The notes under the pieces were generated by a model. That model was not told where the DNA came from and did no database searches. It saw nothing but the letters and a program-made list of their open reading frames with translations. The position numbers and the translations under genes are program-made. From Pseudogymnoascus verrucosus (lineage: Eukaryota): a stretch of 64,000 nucleotides of DNA. Numbering within the stretch: position 1 is the stretch's first letter; each line of letters opens with the position of its first letter. Positions 50,542 through 62,874 of the stretch are shown piece by piece. The stretch lies in NCBI GenBank assembly GCA_001662655.1, contig KV460275.1; one strand, written 5' to 3'.

Positions 50542-53500
50542 GGTTTCTCCTTAACTCCTATAAGTTGTCTGTAGGTTCATAACCTTTCCATTTTATTAGA
50601 AACTCTTCTTAGTGTCTTACTAACCTTCTGTCTAGAATCGCCTTAACCTTATATTTAATGATCTCATTCTTAGGTTAGAGTTTAGTGTCTATTGCAATTA
50701 GGGCGTCCCCTCTTGCTAGTTCTAATAATAAGACATAAAACACTAGGTAGAGTCTAGAGTTCTTAGGTAGCTGTAGCTTGTAATTAACTAAGCTAACCTT
50801 TTCTAATATCTTAAATAGTCCTAATTTCTTAAAGTCCAACTTCGTACTTAGTCGTTTCGTTTTAATGTGCTTCTAGAGTAGGTATACTTTATCTCCCTCC
50901 TTAAAGGCAGGTTCTATACTATACTTCCTATTTACATATATAGTAGATCGTTCATTTAAGAACTAGATGTCTGTTGTAAGTTGTTTCTAGAAGGAAAGTA
51001 TCTTCAATACTTCTAACGTTCCTTCCTTAGAGTAAAATTTATCTAGTCTTAGCGTCTTATATGCCTCTAGTTACTATCTGTTATTAGTAAAGAAGGGTAA
51101 GACTTTCGTTACCTCTAACAGTAATGAATTATATGCAAACTCTACTAAATGTAGGTACTAAACCTAGTTGTCCTGTTTAGTATTAACATAGCTTTGTAAA
51201 TACGTCTCTAACGTCTAGTTAGTTCGTTCTGTTTGCCTATCTATCTATAGATGAAAAGCTGTAGACAGCTTATAGTTTGTTCTAAGCTACGCCATAACTG
51301 TTTGCTAGAATTTAGATGTAAAGAGCTTGTCTCGATCTGAAATTATCTCGTCTAGTAGTCTATGTACTACAACAATGACTTTTAGGAAGATATAAGCTAA
51401 TGCCTTTATGTCTAATGCTTCTATAAACAGCGTAAAGTAGGCTTCCTTTATAAGTTAGCAGTTAGAGACTATAATAGCGTCTATAACAAATCCTATCATT
51501 AGTTCCTTTAATGGCAGCAACTTAACAATGAAGTTAATTGCTATTAAGGACTATGCTTGTCCTAGTGTTAGTAGTGACTTTAAAAGTCTATATAGTGCGT
51601 GTCTATTTGCTTTTAACTTCTAATAAATGTTACATCCTAACATAATTGTTTCTACCTACTTCCTTAAACCTAGGAAGTAGTAGTGTTATACAATTCGTTT
51701 AAAGGTTTATGTTACTCCCTAATAACTATGTGCTAGTAACGAGTGTTGTTCTTACACTAGTAGGCGTCTCATTTAACTTAGGACATACACTAACCCTTTA
51801 AATTAGATCAACCCTTGTTTGTTAATAGAGAAGTTTCCTTCAACCTTATTTAAGGTTTGCTTTGCTATTTTGTCTGTTATATAAGCATTCTTAAGTCTCT
51901 GCTTAAGTTCTATGTCTTCTACAATGGCAATTATAGCTAGTAGTTCGTTGTATTACATTCCTATATCTATTTTCTTTAATATTGCTCTAGGTCTTTCTTC
52001 CTTTAGGCCAATGTAGTTAGTCCTTCTACTAAGAGCATCTGCTCTTACATTCTTAGAGCCCTTATAATAGGTTATTGTAAAGTTGTAGGCTACGAGGGTT
52101 TCTGCCTAGTAGACTTGTCTATAGTTTAAAACCTTAGTTGTAGTGAAGTATATAAGGTTCTTATAATCTGTCTACACTTACACTATGTAAGTAGATCCCT
52201 TAAGATATACACGCTACTACTTAAAGGCAACAACAATAGCTAGTAACTCCTTGTTATAGATGTTATAGTTAAGCTCTATAAGTAATAGTTTCCTAGAGTA
52301 GTATGCAATTAGTTTAAACTTACTATTCTTGCCTAGCTGATTTAGACATACTCTAATTGCAAAATCAGAAGCGTCTGTCTTAAGGACGATCTTCTTTATA
52401 GGGTTAAATGTTATAAGGATAGGTGCCTCTATAAACTTTGTCTTAAGTTCCTAAAAGGCAGCCTCTACTTTGTCTGTCTATTTAAACACGAGATCCTTCC
52501 TAGTAAGCTCTATAAGTAGTTAAGCTACCTTAGAATATCCTATAATAAACTAACAGTAGAAGTTAGCAAAGCCTAAGAAGGCTTATACTTCCTTAACTAT
52601 AGTTAGTGTTAGCTATCCTAACACTACTATAACCTTTACTTAGTCTATCTTAATACTGTGCGTTCTAATAATATAGCCTAAGAATTCAACTTAGTTCTTA
52701 TAGAACTTACATTTCTCTAGCTTTAATAGTAGGTTGTATTCCTTTAGCTTCTAGAGGACAAGCTTAACATACTAAGCATATTTGTCCTTGTTTGCTAAAT
52801 ATACTAGTATATCGTCTAAGTAAACAATGGTAAATATGTCTAGATATTTATATAAAGCGTTATTCATTAAGCGTTATATAGATATAGGGGCGTTAGTTAG
52901 CCTAAAGGGCATAACTTAATATTTAAATAGGCTATAGTAGGTATAGAATGCTGTTTTCCATTCCTTGCTATTAGCTATCTAGATTAGGTTGTATACGCTA
53001 CGTAGATCTAGCTTAGTAAAGATCTTAGCTCCTTAGAACCTATTGTGTAACTCATTAATTAATAGTAAGGCGTATTAATCCTTTATCGTTATGTTGTTTA
53101 ATACTTAGTAGTCCACATAGGGTTGTTTGCTCCTATCCTTCTTAGGAACCTATAACATTAGGCTTCCTATAGGAGATTTAGACAGTCTAATAAATCCTTT
53201 CTTAAGGTTATTGTTAATATATTCTTTTAGCAGTTTTAACTCATCTACTAACATCTAGTATATTAGTCTAAACGGTGGACTCTTTCCTTCTTCTAAGGGT
53301 ATTACATAATCCTATAGTTAGTGCTTAGGAAGCGCCTTGTTCTTAGGGCCTTCCTAGAATAGCTACTTGTATTCCTTATACTCTACTAGTATATTCATTA
53401 GTAAGGGTGCCTAGGCTAGGTCACTAGGCTCTATAGAGGTTGCACACACCTTACGTTAGCCTTAGGAGGGTTCCTCCTATTATAGTGTGTCCGTTTGTTG

Positions 53501-55980
53501 TTTATACATATACTAGCTCATTACAACTTTCTTGTTCTACTAGTCAATTTAGGGGTTGTGTTTCTTAAGCTATAGCATACTAAAGATACATGCATAATTG
53601 TCTATATGTATAATGTTAAATTAGATCGTTTCCTTGTGTCTACGTAGCATAACCATCTCTAATAGGACTGTTTTATAGGTTACCATTCCTTTATTAGTTA
53701 AGATAGGCTCTCTATCTATAACCATTAATAGGTAAGGGTTGGCTTTTAATTGCATCTTAAAACCTTGCGTATCTACTACTTTCTTTGTTATAAAGTTGCC
53801 TATTGCTCTAGAGTTAATTATTACTTAGAGATGTCGCTTTTATACCTTAGCAACTACATATAGCTACATGCTACCTTCTATAGCACATAGCTGTTTCATA
53901 CTAGGCCTCTTCTCGTTGCTTGCTAGTAGCCTACTATTAAGGACTCCTAGTTTTTTAACTTATTAGAGGGAGAATAGTATTTGTCGTCCTCTATTAGCAG
54001 TCCTAATAAGGGCAGTCCTTCCTATCTTACTGCCTCTCTTAGTAGGTATAGGTATTTCTTATATACCTATTTACTCTTTATAGGTAATTCTCCTTTAGAC
54101 TAACTGCATCTAAGGGCATAAACCTATTCTATGTCTTAAAAGTGTATCTTAGGTAAAGATTAAGGGAATAGCTAATGCTAGTGTTTCTTCTTCTAGTAGA
54201 GTTTGTAGTTGTCTTTACTATAGTACTCCTAGTAGACATATGCATACTAGGGATAATTAGTCTCTATTGTATCTGCCCTTGCTAATTCCCGTTGTCCCTT
54301 TACCTATTTGCTGTCTTCCCTTAGAGGTATAGTAAACGTCTCTAATTGTTCTATAGCTCTCTATTCTATTTAGGTAGTAGGTCTTATGTTTTCCTATTAA
54401 ATCATGTTTCTAGCTTTCTCGTTGTACTTCTTTAGGGCCCTCTTTCTATCCTAGTAGTAAAGTTTAACGCTTTTTACACTCTTTAGCATAGCTATATACT
54501 TAACATCTGTTTATAGTCTTCCTACTTTTAGAACTAGGTAGTCTTCTATCTCTAATGTCGTTCTAAGCTGTCTAAGCTCATTAGTTAGTATGTTGTAGTA
54601 TCTCTAGAGGTTGTCCCTATAGTTGTCTACCTTGCATTCTAACAGGAGTCCCTATAACAGGTCCCTATAGATGCCCTTAAGTATAGGGATTCTCCTTAGA
54701 GCGCTAGGCTTGTCTTGTTTGTCCTTAATCTTTAAGTAGGCGTGTTTTGCTATACGTTATACTATGCTCTTATACTACAGACTCATTAGTTCTATAGGTG
54801 CAAGCTCTTTAAAGGTTCCTTGTTCTAAGACAGTAAGAGATTCTGCCTCTAATTCCTTATCTAAGCTTTTATCTTCTAGGGTGCTATCACCATTAATTCC
54901 CTAGTCCTATTTGTTTATAAATGTGGCGTTTAACTGCATTCCTAAGGCGTTATAGCCTCCTTAGCCTTGCTAGGTAGCGTTAAGTTGTTTGCTGAATTTA
55001 TGTCTACTGTTCCCCTTCTTTAGCTGTCTATAGTCTTAGGCTATATAACCTAGCTTGTTATAGTTAAAGCAAAGTTGTTCCTTAACTTACTTATCCTTTT
55101 TTAGGTTACAGGGTTGTCTAGGTTTAAATGTAGCATTGAGTTCTATTAGGTCTAACTAACAGTTGTCTTATAGGTGTTGTTCCTATTGTCTACCTTCGTT
55201 CCCTTAGTAGGGATAACTTTTCTTAGGTTTGTTATAGGTCCATCGTTCTTTCTAGAATTTGTATAGCCAATTGTTAATTTAGACTATATGCTTAATTAGC
55301 GTCACTATGTCTGTTAGTTGTTGTTCTAAGTAGGTAAGTTCTATATGTACATAGCTCTTTAGCCTATGTTAGTAGTAGCTAATAAGTGCACTAGCGTCCT
55401 ATCCTATCTAATTACTATATCTCTAGAATTCTATAGAGTACATAAGGGCGCTACCTATCTACTTAAGCGCAAACAGGTAGTCTACTATAGTCTTAATCTC
55501 ATTAATATCTTTAAACATATGTTAGATCTCCTTATAGAATCCTTTCTAGCTGCTAAACATAGTTTAGGTAGCCGCTATGCTTCTATTAGTACTTTTATGT
55601 TAGAAGTAGTCCTTAAGGAAGGGTTCAATCCATTAAAGGGCCTCTCCTTATAGGTAGGACGAAGTCTATAGAGCATAGCTTTCTCTAGTAGGAAACTTGT
55701 TGTTGTTAAAATGCTAGTATAGTTTAACCTATAGTAGGAATACTTTAAGTTCCTTTTAATTGCTAGAATAGGTGTTAGGGAGCTTAATACACAAGGCCTC
55801 CCTAAGTTCTAATGTTGTAGGCGCGTTAGGCATCTCTTCGTTCTTAGTAGTAGGTCCCTAAGACAACTATAGGGTAGGTGTGTTAGGTTGTCTAACAACA
55901 CTTCCTCTTAGGCTTAGAACATTTAGAGCTATAGTTGCTTTAGTATATAAGCTAGTACCTTATAGAAGTGGTGCTTAAAG

Positions 55981-56509
55981 TGTAACGCTAGGTCTTAAAC
56001 TATAAGACTTATAGAGGTTTCGTTACATTAGTTTACTTAATAGAGGAGGTAGGGGATTAGACACAAAGGCTTTTATAAAACACGTTATAGTATATAACAA
56101 ATACTATATTAAGTTGAGTACAAAGCTCCTATCTAAGAAATAACTATCTACTTATATAGTAGCGTTGTACTAAAGGGAATAGTTAGAATAGTAGACTCTC
56201 TAACTATTCTTACTATTCCTACTAATCTAATTATGTATGCGTCCTATAAGAGGTGCCATACTTATTATAGGTACTAATTCCCATAGGTGCCCTTCTAAGG
56301 AGGCACCTTACTCTATATAGGTGCCTTTCCTAATAGGCACCTTTCTTTTGCTAGGTACCTTCTAAGAAAGGTACCTTTTTCTAAAGGTGCCCTTATTAAC
56401 TAAGCTACCTACAATCTCTACGTCCATTTCCTACTGCTAATTAGCTATAAGCTATTTTACCTTATTATTCTATCTTATAGTATATAGGTTGCATGTTTTA
56501 GCTATAACA
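55981..56509 (-). repeat. 5' LTR of family A element
   Basis: Same 529-bp sequence; TATATAA on the minus strand at 56152-56158; eight AGGYRCC motifs at 56251-56391. Confidence 0.93.
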
Positions 56510-56904
56510 TTTAGCAGCTATAGGCTTAGTGCTCCCTAGGACATACTAGCCCCTAAGTAGACTAGGGCTAGTCCTATAGTAGCTATTAGTAGCCTCTAGG
56601 TTATAGATAGCTAGTAGTACCTTACCTATATAGAAGGGCTTATAAGAAACCTTAAGATAATAAAGGTATATATATTAAAGGTATACTAGTAAAAGCCTAG
56701 CCTATATAAGAGGGGCCCTCTATAGTAGGGTTATAAGTATTATAGCTCTTAGAGGAACTATAGACTATATAGGGTTCTAATGTTAGAACATAGTATCTAC
56801 TATTAGAAACTAGATAGTATCTAACCTTATTAGGTTAAACAACTAAGCTAAGCACTAGAGCATTAGTAGTACTAGACCTAATTAGGTCTAGGGACTAAGG
56901 TAGG

Positions 56905-57439
56905 TGTAATGCTAAGTCTTAAACTATAAGACTTATAGAGGTTTTATTACATTAGTTTACTTAATAGAGGAGGTAGGGGATTAGACATAAAGGCTTTTAT
57001 AAAACACGTTATAGTATATAACAAATACTATATTAAGTTGAGCATAAAGCTCCTATCTAAGAACTAACTATTTACTTATATAGTAGCGTTATACTAAAGG
57101 GAATAGTTAGAATAGTAAACTCCTTTACTATTCTTACTATTCCTACTATTCTATTATATAGGGTTCTTATAAGGAGGTGCCTATAAATAGTCTAGTACCT
57201 ACTATGTCTAGTACCTAGTAATAGTTAGGTACCTAGGAAGAGTTAGGTGCCTACTCTATCTAGTACCTAGTAATTCTTAGGTGCCTAGGAATTCTCTAGT
57301 ACCTATAGAAGTAGGTGCCTAAGAAAACTCTATTACCTAATGTTAACCTTACCTTAAGGGCAGCTAACTCACAAACATGTTTATTACTACTATACTTAGG
57401 GTGTTAGTAATAGCACTACTAAAAACCCTAGCTATAACA
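56905..57439 (-). mobile_element. Solo LTR, family A variant with a different U3 half
   Basis: TGTAATGCTAAGTC...GCTATAACA. Roughly the first 250 bp match the family A LTR and the remainder differs. Flanks GTAGG/CTAGG. Confidence 0.8.
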
Positions 57440-58589
57440 CTAGGTATATAACCTAGGAGTATAAGAGCTAAGTAGCTCCTATATCCTATAGTCTTAAGAG
57501 TAGGAGATGTTATAGGATTAGTTAGCCCTAGGGACCTCTAGTCCTTAGAACTAATTACATTATAAGACCTATGTAATAGATAATAATAATATGTTAGATC
57601 TTTAATATCCTTTAGCCTAATGCTACTATATAAGTAGATAGTTAGTTCTTAGATAGGAGCTTTATACTTAACTTAATATAGTATTTGTTATATACTATAG
57701 TATGTTTTATAAAAGTCTTTATATCTAATCCTCTACCTCCTTTATTAAGTAAACTAATATAATAAAACCTCTATAAGTCTTATAGTTTAAGACCTAGTAT
57801 TATACTTTAAGCACTACTTCTATAAGGTACTAGCTTATATATAAAGTAACATGTCTTCTATTAGAAAGAGTAAGTCCCTAGAGCCTACTACCCCCCTAAC
57901 CCTAGTAGCTATAGTAATAGCTATAGTTATAAATAAATAAGTTATTAAGGTTTAGATGCCTAAGCCCTATAGTAGAGAACAACATAAGCTTAAGATTTTC
58001 TCCTTAAGTGTAACTTATACATTAGGTTTAATACTTATATGTTAGCTAGTAAAGCTAACTAGGTCTTATAGGCTATTACACTCCTTAAGGGAGTAGCCTT
58101 TAACTAGATTAAGTTCTTTATTAACAACTACTTAGAGAAGAAGGGACCTAAGGGACAACTCTATACTAATATAGTAGTTACTACTAGAGAAATCTTTAGA
58201 ACTTAAAAGGGATTTAAGATCTAGATTACTAAGGTGTTTAGTAACTTAAATACTAAGAGAATAGTAGAACAACACCTACTAAAGATCTAACATATAGGAT
58301 TAGTTATGTCCTATACTACTAAGTTCTAGTAGTATATAGAATAAACTAATTAGAATAATAATACATTATAAGTAAGGTACTATAATAGCTTAAAGGACTC
58401 TATTAAGGATAAGATTACTTATAGCGTCTATCTAGATAATTTAGAGAAGTTAATCCTTACTACTACATTAATTAACAATTACTACTATAAGCACTAACTT
58501 AAGAAGGGAGGGTAGAAACCTACTTAGTATTATAATAAGTTTCTATAACCTCTATACTAACACATTAATTAATAGAGTAATCTAGGTTA

Positions 58590-60878
58590 TAGTGTTTTAA
58601 ATGTAGATTATAAGGATATAGGTTCACTTAAGAACGCTCCTAGGAGAAGTCTTATAGAAGAGTTCTCCTAGAAGTAATAAGCTTCTAGAAGAGTTCTCCT
58701 AGAAGAGTTAGTCTACTAGAAGAACCCTCCTAGAAGAGGAACTCTCCTAGAAGAGAATTTATATAATTAGATATATTAGATATAACGTAGGTAGACATAA
58801 CCCTGCGTACAATAGGACCCTACACACTTTTTGCAAATTCCCTACCCTCTTACTTTAGAATGCGTTTTATCTACCTTCTACTATGTTAGTTATTACTAAA
58901 GAAGCAAAAATCATTCTAGCTATTAAGGCTATTTAAACGTCTAGAAAGCTAAGCTGTTAAGCTGCTACAAAGCTTTATAAAGTTCCTAAATCGTTACTTA
59001 GGCTTAGAATGAACAGCTACCTTCCCCTCCCTAAGCAACAGCTAGCAAATATCAAATTGTCTAAGTTAGAGGAGGAAGTGATTGTTTAGAATATACTTAA
59101 GCTAGATTCTAGAGGGTTTACACCCTAGCTAGCTAGTGTAGAAGATATAGCTAATTTTATTCTTAAATCGCGTAGGGGGACGTGTGTTAGAGGCTGCTAG
59201 GCACAGTGGTTTATATAACGACAACTAGCCCTTAAGATGCGTTTTAATCGCGTTTATGATTTCTAAAGGGCCTTATGCAAAGATCTTAAGCTAATTAGCG
59301 TGTGGTTTTAACTAGTAGAAAATATAAGGGCAAAATACAGGGTTTTAGACTGCGACTTCTATAACTTTAACGAAACTAGCTTTATAATAGGTGTGATTTG
59401 CCCTATAATGGTTGTAACCTATATAGATCAACGTAGTAGAGGCAAGGCAGTTTAGCTAGGGAATTAGGAATAGGCTATAGCAATTGCTTATATTAATAGT
59501 AAAGGCTAGAGTGTTCCTCTATTTCTAGTGGTTTAGGGCAAGAACCACCTTTTAAATTAGTATATAGACAGTAGCCTCCTACCTAACTAGGTTATTAAAC
59601 TAACAAGTAATAGATAGACAAATAATGAGACAGGTCTAGAATAGCTAAAACACTTTAATAAACACACTGCTACTTATGTAAGGGGTCTATATTGAATACT
59701 AGTCTTAGATAGGCATAAGAGTTACAAATTAGCTAAGTTCTAAGAGTACTATAAGTTACACAACATTATAACTCTTAGACTGCCTTCTTACTTGTCTCAT
59801 TTAACCTAGCCACTTAATGTTAGGTGCTTTAGTGTGTTAAAGCAGGCGTATAGTTAGTAGATTAAGACGTTTATTAAAGCTTATATTAACTATATTATAA
59901 AGGTAGAGTTCTTTCTAGCCTTTATAGCAGCATATAAGGAGTTAATGACAGCCTAAAACTGTTAGGCTAGATTCTATAGAGCTGGCTTAGTGCCTTTTAA
60001 CCTATAAGCAGTGCTTTTAAAGCTTAACATAAAGTTATGAACTCTAACTCCCTCTAGACCTTCTACTGCTAACACTACCCCTTAGGTCTCCTAGACCCCT
60101 TCTAACCTAACTAAGGCTCTTTTATAAACAACACTTGTTTAAAATCAGATTACCCGTTACTAAGGGAGCTTACCAACTCTACTTTTTAAGATAGTTGTTG
60201 CGCTAGCAAAGGGTATAGAGCAACTAGCCTATAAGAACACCCTTCTATCTACTAAGGTATATACCCTTTAAGTAGCTAATAAAGCCCTTAGTAAACGCTA
60301 TAGGGCTAAAAAGGCTTGTGTCTATAAAGGGGGTGCACTTATAGTAGAGGATGCATAGGATATTATTATATAGGAGGATGTAGATAAGCAGATACAACGC
60401 AACGTATGTGTAGTAGGGGGTAGTTATAGGGAGGGGCAATAGTCTAGGCAGCGCTATAAGATCTGTAGAAAAGCTAGTCATAACGTACGAACTTGTTAAG
60501 AAGCTATAGATATATCTAGTTCATTTAATTCCTTTTAGTTATAGTTAATTTAATGTGTTGTAGTTAATTTATTAATATTTAAAGTTTAATGCTAAGGAAA
60601 AGTGCATAGGGTCCTGTTGTGCGTAGGGTCATGTCCACCTACGTTATAGATATATTATTATATCTATTAATATCCCTATATCTATTAGGTATAATGCTAC
60701 TATATAAGTAGATAGTTAGTTCTTAAATAGGAGCTTTATGCTTAACTTAATATAGTATTTGTTATATACTATAATGTGTTTTATAAAAGCCTTTGTGTCT
60801 AATCCCCTACCTCCTCTATTAAGTAAACTAATGTAACAAAACCTCTATAAGTCTTATAGTTTAAGACCTAGCATTATA
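58590..60878 (+). mobile_element. Solo LTR (third U3 variant) inserted in gag and split by the pogo element
   Basis: R/U5 homology at 60690-60878 ending GACCTAGCATTATA. The U3-like part at 58590-58784 has repeated AGAAGAGTTCTCCT units. Left end approximate. Confidence 0.6.
58785..60644 (+). mobile_element. pogo/Fot1 (Tc1-mariner) DNA transposon, 1860 bp, RIP-inactivated
   Basis: ~46-bp TIRs beginning ACGTAGGT, with TA on both flanks. Transposase frame 58883-60538 has HTH, YNF(D)ET(G)F, VLD(G)H(E)S(H), HLT(Q)PL(D)V and a C-terminal Cys/His knuckle. Confidence 0.93.
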
Positions 60879-61582
60879 CTTAGGTTTAGAAGAGACCTAA
60901 GTAAAGGAGCTATTAGACTTAACTAATAGAGCTTAATGCTACCTTTAAATAAGGTAACTAACCCTATAATCCTAATAAAGAGTAATAGCTTAAGGAATAA
61001 CTCTACTTTAATTATAATAAGCCTAGCTATATAGCTAGGAATTATAAGTAGCTAAAGAAAGGGAATAGAGGGTAGAAATATAGTAAGTAAATTAATGCTA
61101 CTTAGCAAGGGTAACTAGCTACTATGTCTAAAGGAAAAGAGGTCTAGGAAGTTACTACCTAGAACCTTAAGGATTTAATATGTTAAATAGAGAAGATAAG
61201 AGCAACGATTTATTAGTAGTTAAAGAGGTCTTTACTAGTTCCTAGGAACGTAGAATAAGTGCCTTTAAAGAAAGTATATAAAAGACCCTCTTTAAGGAAT
61301 AAGTAGTAGGAGTAGTAGAAGTCTATAAGGAGATAGTACTTTAAAACGTTACTAATAAAGGAATTCCTATACCTAGGCTACTAGTAATGTAGTAGGGTAC
61401 TATATAAGACTAGAAGGTTATAGTCTATAAAATGAAATGCTAACCTAGATACCTTACTTAGTAGGAACTATATAGAGTAAACTATATAGAATTAGAAGCT
61501 ATAGAATAGCTAAAGTATAAACTTTATAAGTATAATGTCTAGGATGCTATTACTAAAGGAAAAATCATTAATATATATCATC

Positions 61583-62874
61583 TATAAGGACATAGGGCAC
61601 TGTATTATAAGAAGTTACATATAGGAGTGTAAGTTAGATATAAGTTAGTACTATCCTATAGGTCTACTATAAAGGATATAAAAAAGATGAAGGTGTAACC
61701 CTATATGGCTATTCCCTTAAAATACCTAAAACTGCTCTAACTTAGCTAGCTCCCTATTTGCCTAAGGCTTCCTTACGTTATGTGCCTAAGGCTGTTAGTT
61801 ACAACTAACCTATAACAGCCCTAAGTCTTAATGGCACTACATAACGGCTATAACTACCCTAAGTAAGGAGGCATCCTTATACTACCCCCTACCTTAAGAA
61901 GGTGCTTTGTCCTTAAAGTATGTAAGCCTATACTATATATAAGTTGTTGTATAGGTTGTGTAGTGTAGAGGAGGAATTAAGACTAAGGAGCAACTATAAT
62001 AAGCCTTCGTGTAGGTTACTAGGTAAGGTATAGGCATAAAGACTAGAATGCCCTTTGTTTGTTAAGAAGGCTAATGGTAGGCAGCTGTATAGGCAGTAGA
62101 AGTAGTCTAAATCTGTTTACATAAGGTTGCGTCTTTGTTATGTATATAGCAGTTAGTAGGCAAGGGTCTATATTAGTATCGAATAGAGTTTGCATAGTAT
62201 ATGTGTTATCCTAGAATTTTAATGTAAAGGGGAAATTTAGCGCTAACCTAATTTAGACAGCTTTGTTATAAGCTAGAATATGAATTTAAGCTTTGCCTAC
62301 AACTTGTTGTTTTCTTTACAACGACGCTAAACCCCCCCCCTCCTAAGACTAGTAAGTAGCCCCTCTAATAGTATAGCTAGATACTAATAGGTTGTTTTTA
62401 GATATAAAAACACATCTAACGGTTTAGTAGGTGCTAGGACTATGCTAGCGTAGTAGTGATAACTTAGGCTAGGCTAATAGGAAATTGTAGATTTCTAATT
62501 TAAAGATACTAGTTCCCCCTCCTCCTAGCGCCCTTACTATGGCTTTCTACTAGTAGTATATACACTATGTGTACACTAAAGGGTGTAAGAAGGACAGAGA
62601 TCCTACTGTCTTATGTATGTAGAGCTTAAAAAGCTCTAAGTGTAAGCGCTATGTAGCCTAACACATAACGTATGTTCTAGTAGGTTCTTGTTTAGCTTTT
62701 AGTTTTATAGTTTGTCTGTCTGCCTATTGCTAACCTCTAGAGATAGATCTCCTAGTTTACTAGCCTAGAGTACTAGAAGCTCCTAGCTGCTAAGGCAGCA
62801 ACCCCTCCTGTCCCTACTGTCATTAAGGCTGCTATAGTAGAGATTAGGTGTGTAGTTACATTAGCTACTACTAA
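61583..62874 (-). mobile_element. LTR retrotransposon family B, copy 1: 299-bp 3' LTR (61583-61881), PPT and 3' internal region; heavily RIP-mutated
   Basis: TATAAGGA...TCCTTATA (RIP form of TGTAAGGA..TCCTTACA), followed by CTACCCCCTACCTT (PPT on minus strand). Colinear with copy 2. Confidence 0.8.

Larger units (their letters stand above)
49345..56509 (-). mobile_element. Full-length Ty3/Gypsy chromovirus LTR retrotransposon (family A), RIP-inactivated
   Basis: 529-bp LTRs (TG..CA) at 49345-49873 and 55981-56509. Flanks TTTAA/TTTAG (TSD with one transition). Polypurine tract next to the left LTR (minus strand AAGGGAGGGGA). On the minus strand: gag, protease, RT IVYLDDILV (~52810), RNase H TDASDFAI (~52370), integrase and chromodomain LIKWKGYEPTDN (~50560-50600). 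Confidence 0.93.
57620..61582 (+). mobile_element. Family A-related Gypsy element in + orientation (LTR end at 57804, PBS, gag from 57851), interrupted by nested insertions
   Basis: Reverse complement of the LTR R/U5 ends at 57804, followed by the same CTTTAAGCAC PBS. RIP-damaged gag at 57851-58580 resumes after 60878 with a zinc knuckle (LYFNYNKPSYIARNY = CxxCxxxxHxxxxC). Left boundary uncertain. Confidence 0.7.

Noticed and set aside
55366..55653. 95-aa ORF in the RIP block (also 60245-60481)
   Set aside because: Chance open frames antisense to RIP-damaged gag and transposase.
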